A stretch of 64,000 nucleotides of DNA from positions 186,001-250,000 of the forward strand of contig CDRNVI010000012.1 of the NCBI GenBank assembly GCA_977017575.1, written 5' to 3'. Shown in pieces: positions 38,192-48,650 of this stretch (the stretch's first letter is position 1; every line of letters begins with the position of its first letter). Position numbers and translations under genes: made by a program. Origin of the DNA: Paramoeba atlantica. Taxonomy: Eukaryota; Protista; Discosea. Under the pieces are notes generated by a model. The model was given only the letters and a program-made list of their open reading frames with translations. It ran no database searches and was not told the origin of the DNA.

Positions 38192-40546
38192 TTAAGAAAG
38201 CCAAGTGTGACCAAGAAGATGCAATGCAGATGTTCTAACGCTTGGATCATATTCCAAACAGCTCATTATGAAATCGGTACATTTTTCTGCCTCTGTCTTC
38301 GAGACAAATGCTTGCAACTCTTCAGTTAAATCACGAGAAAGCTTAACTTTGTGCGAGTATTTGAAGTCTCCGCATTTAAAAATCTTCGCAACAGGTGTTG
38401 TCTTGAGAGTAGTAAAAGAGGAAGGAAGCGGCCCAAGTAGTTCCATCATCATCGCAATGTGCTTAACATCGATACGAGTCTCACTATGAAGACCTTTCTT
38501 CGGGTCAAATAAATACCGCCCTGTAATGAGTTCGTACACCAGACAGCCAAGAGACCACACATCCATTCGTGTAGTAATTGGTCCTTGTAGAATTATCTCA
38601 GGGGAACGATATTCTCTTGTCTGGAGTGTAATGCCCGGATTTTCCGCTCGCCCTGGGGTCCGCACGCAAAGACTACGCGTACAGAACTTTCCGGGCTCGA
38701 GCAGAAGCGACAAGCCAAAATCCGCAAGTATTGCGGTATAAAAATCATTTTTTCTTTGCCCCCGCTCAGAATTACCCTTTCTCATGCTTGTCCACTTATT
38801 AGAACAGACTAACAGTAGATTTTCTGGCTTCAGGTCTGTATGTACAACATTGATTCTCTCCAAGTGCATCAAAGCAGTTACTACGGATCGTATGACAGAT
38901 TTTCGGTACCTTAATTGAGAAGAAGAAAGCCGAATTTGCCTTCGCAGATGGTCTTCAATGACTGTTAGAAGGCTCGACTGGTAAACTGGCATAACCATGC
39001 AAGAAAATGTTTCTCGATTCCTCTGATAATCGAAGGTGTCTAAAACACGTATAATAGGACAAGACCCCATGTATTCTTTTTCCATACTGAAGTCTACCTC
39101 TTCAGATCGATTTAACTTCTCGTGTATGTATTTTAGAAGATCCATTTCTATTTTGGCCAATTTCCGGACGGATACAGCGCACTTGCTTACTTTAATTGCA
39201 ACGTGTACGTTATTCACGTTTTCTTGGGCAAGATATACAGTTGAAAATCCCCCTTGCCCAAGCTTTTCCAGAACTTTATAGCGTTCATGTAACATGTCCC
39301 CCTTGCTAACGGCTAGGTGACCTTTGCCCTTCTTTTGCAAAGATATTCCAGCAGTTTGGTTCACAATACTTTGAAGAATAAATTTAGAAAGTTTACTACT
39401 CTTTTTATCGTCTTGCACGTGCTCAGCACCGTAACATGGAGGCAATAAATGGTTTGTTTCCTCGACCCACTTAGTTTCTACTCCGGTGAACTCCTTCTCT
39501 TCCGCTGCATATTCCGTGGCGTTATGGTAGGCCTCAGGAAATTCAGCATCAGAGAAGTCAAATTTTTGAGATTCTCTGGAAGAAATATGCACTGTTTGCT
39601 TTTCGAGATATGCGGCATCTGCCTTCGCATCTTCACAACACGCAGCATCATTTTTGACCGAATATGAAGGAGTTGAAGCAAATGTCTTCAAGAAACCATT
39701 CTCACCACTCACGCTTAAGACTGAAGAACCGCTTTTTAGCATTACAGCTATGTCAGCTGATGTGCTTTCGGAGCTACTCAACTCCGAGCAGCAGGATTTA
39801 GCTGAAATAATGGAGAAATTGCAACTCATTTTTGCTTCTTCCGGTTCTTTGCATGCAACGGAACTTTCGTTCACGTCCTCCGATTCGAATAATATCTTCT
39901 CTTCCGAATTTTCGACTGGAATATTTTCTCGATCATAAAAGTCTGGAGATCGATGAACTTTGGAAAGAGAATTGTAAGCCTGAATTTCAGAGCACGTACC
40001 TTCATTCGAATCGCTGGACGAACGAGATCTTTTGACATTGAATTTCTGTGCGGGAGTCGAGCATGAGCTTTCACGCGAAGAGCTACCACAGTACGATGTG
40101 AATCCATGGGAATGCGTCGAATCGGGCAATTGTTTGTTCACGCGAGCAGGATCGTGGGTGAAAGCGTTTGGAGTAGATTTCCCGAATCCACGAAAGTGAG
40201 AATTCCACAAGCTTGGTCGGCGAGCTGCTCTTGATAATATTCGGGTGCTTGTTATTCCGCATATGAATGGCCTTGCTTCAGGGGATAAATTAGTGGAATT
40301 CTTTTGATCATTTTCTGTTGACGGTTTCTGATCGTCTAAGTCAGTTCTTACGGTTCCTACACTGTTGAACGCCGACGAGATCTCACTTGTACGTGAAACA
40401 CACAATTTCTGGGTAAATTGACCCCATAATCGTTTTCTTTCCGTGCTATGCACCCCTAGTAAGGAAGAAAGACTTGGTAACTGAGTGGAACTAATCTGAT
40501 TCCAGGTTCTCGGCTCATAGTGGGCATGTGGTTCTGTATGACGCAT
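38192..40546 (-). CDS. SR-protein kinase (SRPK/Sky1-like, CMGC) with long disordered N-terminus
   Basis: KLGQGGFSTVYLA, HTDLKPEN, ADFG, LQTREYRSPE, DVWSLGCLVYELITG.YLFDP. Confidence 0.88.
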   Translation of the reverse strand: MRHTEPHAHYEPRTWNQISSTQLPSLSSLLGVHSTERKRLWGQFTQKLCVSRTSEISSAFNSVGTVRTDLDDQKPSTENDQKNSTNLSPEARPFICGITSTRILSRAARRPSLWNSHFRGFGKSTPNAFTHDPARVNKQLPDSTHSHGFTSYCGSSSRESSCSTPAQKFNVKRSRSSSDSNEGTCSEIQAYNSLSKVHRSPDFYDRENIPVENSEEKILFESEDVNESSVACKEPEEAKMSCNFSIISAKSCCSELSSSESTSADIAVMLKSGSSVLSVSGENGFLKTFASTPSYSVKNDAACCEDAKADAAYLEKQTVHISSRESQKFDFSDAEFPEAYHNATEYAAEEKEFTGVETKWVEETNHLLPPCYGAEHVQDDKKSSKLSKFILQSIVNQTAGISLQKKGKGHLAVSKGDMLHERYKVLEKLGQGGFSTVYLAQENVNNVHVAIKVSKCAVSVRKLAKIEMDLLKYIHEKLNRSEEVDFSMEKEYMGSCPIIRVLDTFDYQRNRETFSCMVMPVYQSSLLTVIEDHLRRQIRLSSSQLRYRKSVIRSVVTALMHLERINVVHTDLKPENLLLVCSNKWTSMRKGNSERGQRKNDFYTAILADFGLSLLLEPGKFCTRSLCVRTPGRAENPGITLQTREYRSPEIILQGPITTRMDVWSLGCLVYELITGRYLFDPKKGLHSETRIDVKHIAMMMELLGPLPSSFTTLKTTPVAKIFKCGDFKYSHKVKLSRDLTEELQAFVSKTEAEKCTDFIMSCLEYDPSVRTSALHLLGHTWLS

Positions 40547-40829
40547 TTTATAGAATATGGGAAAAAAGAAACGAATCCTCAAATACAAGTGGGTAGATAG
40601 GCTATTACTCCATAAACTTTCATTGTCAGAAACACAGAATGTAAAAACGTATGGAATGGAAACCGTTTTTCTTTTTCTATGTAAAAGTATTACTGAGGGG
40701 GTGTATTTTGTATAAAGTGCGTACTAATATTTGACCCCTCTTCCAAAAATGATTAAACAGCTAGAAAAAAATCAAATCTTTGGCACCACAGTAAATCCTG
40801 CTAACCTTTGCAGCCCTATTAGGTTCAGC

Positions 40830-43598
40830 CTACCTCTTTAAGTTTCGCGCAATCCCCATGCTACCAGTATGCATGGCATTTACTTTGTCAATGCTAACAC
40901 CATGTACTAAACAGAGCTGCTCAATTCGGCCTCGTACAGTTTTGTTGGCCAAGCAGGAAAACGAAAATTCCGATAGAAAATATTTAAGGATAGCCTCTAC
41001 AAAGTCTCGGTATAATTTGTTTTTAATGTGATAAGTAAAGAAATCAAGAAGTGCTAACAGATAAGATCTCGTAGTTCTGGTAGGGGTGAGTAATTGTTGG
41101 TCCAAATTTGTTGCATTTTGAAGATTTACAAGACCTCCAACGCTTTCTTCGATAGTAGTCATACTTTCAAGAGCAGCATCTTCGTTGTTATCGTCGCCCT
41201 CAATGCGCATACAGCCTTCTAACTCCAAGCAGATGGAAGACGCTGGTAGAGACATAAGATAATCCAGGGCCTTTTCATAGTTGGACTCAAGAAGAAACGA
41301 GGAAAAAAGTGAACTTCCTACATTCGTACTCAGATGATGCGTGAGTGATTTGTTGTCTTGGTTCGGAGCTTCGTCAATAGTTGATGGCACCGTAGGAGGT
41401 AGAAAAAAGGGAGCTGAAAACTTTTTCGGTGGCAATAGAGGTTTAGAACCCTGTGCGATACGATGTACGTATGGAATAGAACATACTTTATTCTTTGGCC
41501 ATGTACTCCAGCACATTTTGTCTTTTTCATTAGAAGCCTCCAGCTCGGAAAAATCGTTTACATTACCCTCTCCTGACGAACTAGGCTGCTCAACGTTCAT
41601 CGGACCTCCATCTGAAGGATATTCTAAGAGGGGAGGACAAGATCTCACACTTGATGAATCCGAACAGACACCGTATCGAATAGCACAAGTCCAAAGAAAA
41701 ATACCACGCTCACCAGCGTGAGTAGATAGTAGAAACCGTCCGTTGGAATCAAAGCTAATACTTGTGGCAGGGTGGTGAAATCGGTATTGTGCAACGAGAC
41801 TGGCATTTAGCAGATCCCATACACAGAGTGTTGAGTCGAGCGATGAGCTTATCAGATATCTCCTCGTAATAGGGTCAAGGACTAGATCTGTAATAGGCAT
41901 TCGATGATGCGAAAATATGCGGACCGACTCGTTAGAGACATCTTCACCAACAGAAACATCATATACTGAGATGCACGACGAGCCATCTGCAACACATAGC
42001 AAATTCGAATCATTATGTAGCACACTCGAGGATAGCAGCTTTTCACTCGAAGCCGGAAACGAGCGCTGTGCCTTACCCTCAAGCAAATCATAAATAAAAA
42101 TAGTTCCAGATTGCACGTAAGAGATCACTCGCGTATTACAACCGGATACGTGGAGAGCTTGCGGGGCGGAAGGCAGAGCCGGTTCCCACTCGCAGCGCTT
42201 CGTGTTGGTTTGTAAATAAAATGAATGTACTGTGCCATCTGTACACCCCACAATGCAGAAATGGCCGCATCGTGACAAGGTAATACATTCCGGCTGAACT
42301 TTCAGTTCCAACCCCTTTTTGGTGGCAGAAAGTTTATCGAGCCGCCACGTCTTCACTATATTTGAATTCTCATGCACGCTTGCAATACAGGCCCAGTCAT
42401 TCTTTCGTGGAAGGCAACATGCTATCTTGGTGATAGGGGGCATTCGCACCTCAGAAATAGAGCATTGAAACTTCTTTGCAATGCGGCGCAGATGACCTTG
42501 AGAAAATTCAACGGAGAACAGATCAGTTAAGGCATGATGAATGCGCAGTGTATTGTCCAATCCTACACTACACAACCGGCTTTCATCAATAAAGCGTGCA
42601 AAAGAACACTCGCGATAATGACCCTGGCGAGATCGCAAATGTTTCGCTGTTCCATTCAAGGCGTCAAACTTATACATGCGCAGAGCATTGTCTTCTCCGT
42701 TAGTAAGAAGAAGTTGAGTTCCGGGTAAAAAGGACACTCTTGCGCAACCACCGACATGACAAATTTCGTACCCACCATCCATAGAATCACACACTCCATT
42801 GGGTCCCATGACATACAAAAGAGCACCGGTGTCCAGATCCCATACGTTAACTGCCCCACCTTGTGATGCAGAGATTATCGTATGAAGCAATTCGGTGCTG
42901 AAGTCCACACTCCGAATCGGCTGACCATCGCTGTGAGATAACCGCAGCACCTCCGCAGATGTGACTCTGTCCAAAATAACAACGGTCCCATTTTCCGTTC
43001 CTGCGGCGAAGAGTCTTGGAGCATACGGGCAAACTCGAAGAGAGCGAATGGCCCCTGTTCCCCCATAAGGAGCATCGCTTTTCCACACATTTTCTCCTTT
43101 TTGATAGTTCCATAGCTCAACCATTCCAGCAAATGTGCCCAGAAGAATACTGTGGTTAGACACCTCGCAAAGACCCGCACACGTGTAGTCAACGTTTGAT
43201 TCCAGCATCACTCGACGTACCAGGGTACCCTCTCGTTGACTCCACACACATATGGTGTGATCCGTGCCAACGGAGAGTAGCTCTTCGGTAGTTAACGTTT
43301 CCAGAGACAGAATCCGTCCCACCTTGGTGTGTTGGGCTCGCCAAACCTCCCGGGTGCAGTAAAACCCTCGTATCTCACCCTCCTTCGTCGCGACGAACTC
43401 CATAGAGCCTTGTAAGGAAACACAGACGATGGGGAAGTCCAGCACGTCGCTGACGCGCAGCAGGCGTAGTTGTTCGGGGTTGTACAAGTGGTACCGGCGG
43501 CCCACGGAGGTCATCACCAGCGTGCGTCCGCGGTGGGTGGCGACGTCAAAAGGAATTCCGTCGGTCACGAGACCAATGCCACGGAAAGGACGAAACAT
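40830..43598 (-). CDS. UTP21: U3 snoRNP/SSU processome WD40 protein Utp21 (WDR36)
   Basis: N-terminal FRPFRGIGLVTDGIPF, multiple WD40 repeats, and the C-terminal Utp21 APFFLP motif. Confidence 0.9.
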   Translation of the reverse strand: MFRPFRGIGLVTDGIPFDVATHRGRTLVMTSVGRRYHLYNPEQLRLLRVSDVLDFPIVCVSLQGSMEFVATKEGEIRGFYCTREVWRAQHTKVGRILSLETLTTEELLSVGTDHTICVWSQREGTLVRRVMLESNVDYTCAGLCEVSNHSILLGTFAGMVELWNYQKGENVWKSDAPYGGTGAIRSLRVCPYAPRLFAAGTENGTVVILDRVTSAEVLRLSHSDGQPIRSVDFSTELLHTIISASQGGAVNVWDLDTGALLYVMGPNGVCDSMDGGYEICHVGGCARVSFLPGTQLLLTNGEDNALRMYKFDALNGTAKHLRSRQGHYRECSFARFIDESRLCSVGLDNTLRIHHALTDLFSVEFSQGHLRRIAKKFQCSISEVRMPPITKIACCLPRKNDWACIASVHENSNIVKTWRLDKLSATKKGLELKVQPECITLSRCGHFCIVGCTDGTVHSFYLQTNTKRCEWEPALPSAPQALHVSGCNTRVISYVQSGTIFIYDLLEGKAQRSFPASSEKLLSSSVLHNDSNLLCVADGSSCISVYDVSVGEDVSNESVRIFSHHRMPITDLVLDPITRRYLISSSLDSTLCVWDLLNASLVAQYRFHHPATSISFDSNGRFLLSTHAGERGIFLWTCAIRYGVCSDSSSVRSCPPLLEYPSDGGPMNVEQPSSSGEGNVNDFSELEASNEKDKMCWSTWPKNKVCSIPYVHRIAQGSKPLLPPKKFSAPFFLPPTVPSTIDEAPNQDNKSLTHHLSTNVGSSLFSSFLLESNYEKALDYLMSLPASSICLELEGCMRIEGDDNNEDAALESMTTIEESVGGLVNLQNATNLDQQLLTPTRTTRSYLLALLDFFTYHIKNKLYRDFVEAILKYFLSEFSFSCLANKTVRGRIEQLCLVHGVSIDKVNAMHTGSMGIARNLKR

Positions 43599-43917
43599 GA
43601 GGGGCCCTAGAAGAAAAAGAACAGAAGAAAGCTTGAGAAGTGCTGTGTCGATAGAGTCTGTATTTAGTGACAAGATGTCAGTATCGATTGAAAAAATAGT
43701 TTTTAAATAGAATGGGATTACTAGTTTTCTAGAGACTTTGGGTGGGCTTCACGTGTTTCGCATGTAAAAGTGTGAAAAAAAGCCGTGTAAGAGTGCTACC
43801 TTCTGGTAGAGGCGAGACAAGAAAAGAATCATGGAAGATGGAAAACGTGTGTAGGAGAAATAGTACTTCATAAGATAAAGTGCCAACGGAAATTGAAATA
43901 TTGGAGAAACGTTTGCA

Positions 43918-44223
43918 TCATTCGCACGCCAAGTACGGATTTTCAATTTGCTCCATCCCGTCTTTGGGAGCCACAGCTAGAACACTACTCCCCTTCGCCA
44001 AAACAGCACCCAGCGGGCGGGAAGGTCTGATACCAGCAGATTTTTCTTCGTCAGTTTGTGCAGAGTCAGACAGCATTTCTAGTGTGCATACCATGGAAAG
44101 ATTCATTGATGTATCAAATCCTTTTAGTACGCCGTGAGTTTCTCTACCACCCACATGGAACACAACTACTTCCTTGTCAATGTATTTTTCGAGATTCTGC
44201 AAAGCAGCTTTCTTGTATGGCAT
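43918..44223 (-). CDS. LSM7: U6 snRNA-associated Sm-like protein LSm7
   Basis: KKAALQNLEKYIDK.V.V...GGRE..GVLKGFD..MNL and Sm2 RPLGAVLAKGSSV. Confidence 0.82.
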   Translation of the reverse strand: MPYKKAALQNLEKYIDKEVVVFHVGGRETHGVLKGFDTSMNLSMVCTLEMLSDSAQTDEEKSAGIRPSRPLGAVLAKGSSVLAVAPKDGMEQIENPYLACE

Positions 44224-44460
44224 GGTATGGAGAGTGTACAGATAAACAAGCGTAAAGCAAAAATTATTATGACGCGCTACGGCTAGCACCCTACATGTAT
44301 ATTTTAGAATCTGCTATTCTGCACTATGGTTATAGGTATCAAAAGTACAGTAATTTGCTAGATCATTGTAAACGAATAAACGATATGCGTTATCATTTTT
44401 TATGATCAATACAGTGCATACGCGGAAAAAGCAGTCGTGTTTCAAGGATTCTACCAATCA

Positions 44461-45396
44461 TTAAGTTCCGGATGTATTGATAGCAGACATGTCGTTTACG
44501 ACCCTCTCCATTTCGGTTTTCACTTCTTCTTCTCTTTGCCGAAGCTTCCGAAGATGTATCGAAGCGAACTCTGCAAAATATTCAGCACGAGAGTCTAAAA
44601 TCGCTTTGAACAATTCTTCCATTCCTTGACCAGTAGCAGCAGAGAGGCTTACGCTGCCGATGGATTCATAAAACTCGCTGAGAAGTAACGACATATTTTG
44701 ATAGAGTACTGAAGCATAGGAATCGGAGTGTGCATTCAACGCGTCCTCCAGACTTTTGGGATCCCGCATCCATTCGTTTAAAAGATTTGTATCACATGCA
44801 TCTGCTTTGTTGTAAACCAGTAGCAGAGGAAGTTGTGATTTGTACATGATTGAAGTGGCATAAAGTACACTGCTCATAAAACACTGAGGATTGGACGTGC
44901 ACCGTATACCATCTAAAACATAGAGCAGTATTGTAGGAAAGCTTGTAGCAAGAAGTTGAGTGATAAGTGTACCAGAAGCCGACCACGTAAATACTTCAAT
45001 TTGTCCAGGCGTGTCAACAAAAACGTATTTGATTTTATCTTGATTCTCTTCCAAAAAGTGCATTACTTCATCGAACTGCGTCGCAAATAAATTGAGCGAA
45101 GTAAGTATAGCGCCGTTCGGGCCTAGCCCATGTGTTTTCATAACATCCTTATACGAGATGCTGTCGCGGATGTCGATATTAACGCCATAAGGCACATCAA
45201 TTACAGCGGGATCTAGGTTAATAAAATAAGTGGGCTCGCTTTCCGATATGCAATGTAGATTTAATCGATGAGTTAGAGTGGATTTCCCTGTTCCAGCCAT
45301 TCCAATGACTAAAGCTATTGTAGGCATATTAGGTGAGGAAGACTCATTGTTCACACCCTTTATCATTTCTTCGTTTCGATCCGGCGAACCAGTCAT
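44461..45396 (-). CDS. GPN1: GPN-loop GTPase 1 (Npa3/XAB1)
   Basis: GMAGTGKS, INLDPA, GLGPNGAILTSLNLF, DTPGQIEVFTWSASG, NKAD. Confidence 0.95.
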   Translation of the reverse strand: MTGSPDRNEEMIKGVNNESSSPNMPTIALVIGMAGTGKSTLTHRLNLHCISESEPTYFINLDPAVIDVPYGVNIDIRDSISYKDVMKTHGLGPNGAILTSLNLFATQFDEVMHFLEENQDKIKYVFVDTPGQIEVFTWSASGTLITQLLATSFPTILLYVLDGIRCTSNPQCFMSSVLYATSIMYKSQLPLLLVYNKADACDTNLLNEWMRDPKSLEDALNAHSDSYASVLYQNMSLLLSEFYESIGSVSLSAATGQGMEELFKAILDSRAEYFAEFASIHLRKLRQREEEVKTEMERVVNDMSAINTSGT

Positions 45397-45539
45397 TTAG
45401 TTAATAGGATTATAAGAATAAGCTACTCATACAAGCTTAAAAGAATAGTGAGATCTAATCTCGCTTCTACGAATGAGAAACCAGAAGACCTAAAGCTGTC
45501 TCCGCATAAATTCATGTTCTTATTCTTAAATTTATGATA

Positions 45540-45628
45540 CTGCACCCCACGTTTAAACGTACTCCATTTTTCGTGAAAAGTGTACTTAAATGGGGGGAGT
45601 TAAACGGACGGGCTTAAACGGAATACAG
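45540..45628. mobile_element. ~90-bp pogo-family mini-MITE / footprint
   Basis: TA|CTGCACCCCACGTTTAAACG ... TTAAACGGAATACAG|TA, a degenerate version of the CTGT(A/C)CCCCCC(C)GTTTA ends. Confidence 0.55.
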
Positions 45629-45789
45629 TAATATCAAGACAACATCACAAGGTACCCTTGCTATCGATCCTGGGTCACGATGCCATACGGCCCCCCGTGG
45701 TATGGTCCGAGGTCACAGATATGAAAAAATCTGACCCCCGTTTCAATTAAAAACCATTTTTTTAAGTTAGCAGCAACTACGATGCCAGC

Positions 45790-45890
45790 CCCGCGAGCCT
45801 CTGGTACTAAATCTCCCTTACTGGGGGTCAGCCCAAAAAGGGACAAATCTCTCTAAATGGGAGGGGTCTCTTACTGGGGGGTCTACGGTA
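45790..45890. mobile_element. Solo TIR-like transposon end
   Basis: Repeated CTTACTGGGGG(G)TC ending in TACGG|TA, resembling a pogo-type CCGTA terminus. No partner end found. Confidence 0.35.
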
Positions 45891-46196
45891 ATCGAACAAT
45901 GAACTCATCCAAGGATGGTATAATTCAGATAGCTGTCCGCACAATTTAAAATTGTTGGAAGCCCCCTAGAAAAGCGCTTAAGATACTTCAAGCACATTTT
46001 TCTGGTAAAAGAGCTTCGAGGAAGGGCTGGAAGTCACGAGCTTAAAGCCACTGATCTCAAGACCTCTTCTCTCGATAGCATGGATTTGACAATTCTACGT
46101 CAAAGCGTTCGTTAATTGTGGAGTCTTTAGTGCTCAAATATTCGCAGTGAGTTCAGAGTTAAGACGGGTTACGACATGAAAACCAAGAAAAAATGA

Positions 46197-47381
46197 CTAA
46201 TGATTTAGAGAATTTGTTTCTCCTCCTTTTCTATGACGCGTTTGACTCGGGTCGAACCCTTTTTCCTCAGCATTCACTAGTGACCATTTTGGGGTGACCG
46301 CCCAATATTCCTCTGGCCGTATACATTGTATTCCGGGATTGTTCGCCAAAATATGAAATTTATCATATTCAATCCAAGTGTGCCACTCACCGTTATGCAG
46401 AAACTTTTTATGTGCTAGCAGCACGCAGTTGCTGTGCTCGTGCCCACATACTACACTGTAGTTATCACACAACCATGCATGATTCGCTAATCTGTGAGCG
46501 AAGTGCAGAAGCTCTGAATATGAAGGAACATTATTCATGCGAAACGGCTTATGGGAACCGTCACCCTGAAAAGTCGGAGTCAATGCCTTCAGCTCAACGA
46601 AACATGGCCAGGCCTTTGATATACATTCCGCATAGCCCTCAAGTGGCTCGGTATCCTCTTTTTCTGAAAGCAAATTTACCCCTTTGATCATTGTCATGCG
46701 AAGAACTGTACGTCCTGCTTTGTCACGCATTACATCCAGTGAACGTTGAAAGCGTTGCCAATAGTCGGGAAATACTGGACGTCCGACTTCTTTCATAATT
46801 AGCGCGTTGTGCGCATCTACACTTAAGTACAGCTGAGTTACTTGCCGCAACGAGGCCAGCTGGTCGGGAAACTGTCCATTGTTTACTAAAAAAGTAGAGA
46901 CGTTTCTTCGATGAAGTTCACCAATAAGTTCATTTACTTTAGGATATAGAATAGGTTCACCGACCAAGGAAAGGGCGCAGTGACGTGGATTTAAGCCCTC
47001 GCAAAGGCGGTCTGGAGTAACTCCCGGAACCCCTCCTGAATTCTTAACTAAGGCTATATGAGCATCAATCATTTCTTTTACCAGACTTACAGGGTTATCC
47101 ATATCCCACTTCCACTCCTTTGCAGTTGGATTCGTATTGTGTCGCCAACAGAAAGTGCATTTATTTGCGCACGCCATCGAGGGTGTAGCTTCCATACATT
47201 GATGAGACTTTATACCGTAAAAAGTGGACTTATAACATCCTCCTCGCCCTCGCAACATAGACTTTTGCCAACGACACAGTTTCACAGCCGAGTGACTACC
47301 CACATATCTATACATGCCCCCCATGTTCTCTTTCCGTTGCTGTGTCAACATCGGGCGTGCGGCATTTCCAACGCAAGACAT
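46197..47381 (-). CDS. TYW1: Radical SAM tRNA wyosine synthase, short form without flavodoxin domain
   Basis: VGSHSAVKLCRW.KS.LRGRGGCYK..FYGI.SHQCME.TPS.ACANKCTFCWRH and HCALSLVGEP. Likely ATG at 47381. Confidence 0.92.
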   Translation of the reverse strand: MSCVGNAARPMLTQQRKENMGGMYRYVGSHSAVKLCRWQKSMLRGRGGCYKSTFYGIKSHQCMEATPSMACANKCTFCWRHNTNPTAKEWKWDMDNPVSLVKEMIDAHIALVKNSGGVPGVTPDRLCEGLNPRHCALSLVGEPILYPKVNELIGELHRRNVSTFLVNNGQFPDQLASLRQVTQLYLSVDAHNALIMKEVGRPVFPDYWQRFQRSLDVMRDKAGRTVLRMTMIKGVNLLSEKEDTEPLEGYAECISKAWPCFVELKALTPTFQGDGSHKPFRMNNVPSYSELLHFAHRLANHAWLCDNYSVVCGHEHSNCVLLAHKKFLHNGEWHTWIEYDKFHILANNPGIQCIRPEEYWAVTPKWSLVNAEEKGFDPSQTRHRKGGETNSLNH

Positions 47382-48650
47382 TGCTGATGGACTTAGTAGC
47401 AACAACTTATGTAATATTACGACAGAAGTACTGTAGCCAAAATGATAAAAAAGAGACCAAGTATACCTAAATTGCGCAAAAATCATTGTTTTGTACAAGT
47501 TGGAATTCCACGAATTTTTTACATTCATTTGTTAAACATTCATTTAAAACAGGCATCTTGTACCTTTCCTTCTCTTTTCTTTGTCACTTCTTGCTAACCC
47601 CTGATTGACTAAAATTTGTTTTTGCCTACAAAAACATGTTACTATTTGTCCTTCACCCAAATGGGTGAAAGAAAAATTTAGTTTTTTGCGCAATTTAGGT
47701 GCGCTTCCTCCTAAAAAAGTATAAAATAGTTTAGGTAACATAGCAAAAAAAAATGGGGCTGAGAGTTGCCCAAATGGAAATAAATTCACGTATCTCCCAC
47801 GCAAATGACTCTTCTAGTTATGATGACTGTGTCGCATGACTAGAGTTAAGGTGCGGGTTTAAGGCGCTTTGCCATAATTAAGGCCTTTGAAAACTTTACA
47901 ATTTTTGGTCAATGTTATCTCTCTCTATGAACGATGTTACGCGATCACTCTGTAGTGCAGTTTGGTGTTTTTGTGATCCTTCTGGTCATAAAGGCTTTAT
48001 GACGGTGCACTTTCCGATTTCGTTGAACGTTGTGTCATTTAAAACAGTGAGTGACAAGGTGTTTAAAGGGAGTGATAAGGTGTAAACTAAAAGGCTGAGC
48101 AATACCTGTGCAGAAGTACGCATTGTCACAGTAAAGACAACTCTTTCCATTCATATACAGTACAGGAAAAAGTACGTTTTTATAGACGCCTTTAAAAAGT
48201 AGTATCTCATGTTATACACCTGTGTGTGGTACATGAACCTGTGTATATACTAAATTCTAGTTAGACTATGTCACCCAGCCTTGCATCACTATATACAATT
48301 TTCGCCTTCGTGTACTTTAAAGTGAAGTGAAAATTCTATTTTTTCTCTTAAAAAAAGACTATGGATGAAAAAGAGAGCCCAGACGGTTCGCACCGCGCAT
48401 GCTACACTGATTTTCTGTACTGATATCTTTTCTGTAGGCACGGCTACTACAGACTGTACTGTTCTTCTGTAACAGTAGAATCTGGGCTCTCTAGAGTAAT
48501 ATGAAAAGACTTGCAGAGTAGGCACAGTAAAGGATAAATAGGAGGCACAGTAAAGAACAAAGTAAAGCATAAAACAATTTCATCAATGTCCAACTAATTC
48601 TACATCTTTATATTTCTTAATTCCATTCGCATCAATTGCTGAACGAGTGA

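Noticed and set aside
47540-48600. Short ORFs in the 1-kb gap (47544-47804, 48289-48570)
   Set aside because: AT-rich, low-complexity translations without motifs. A small real gene cannot be excluded.
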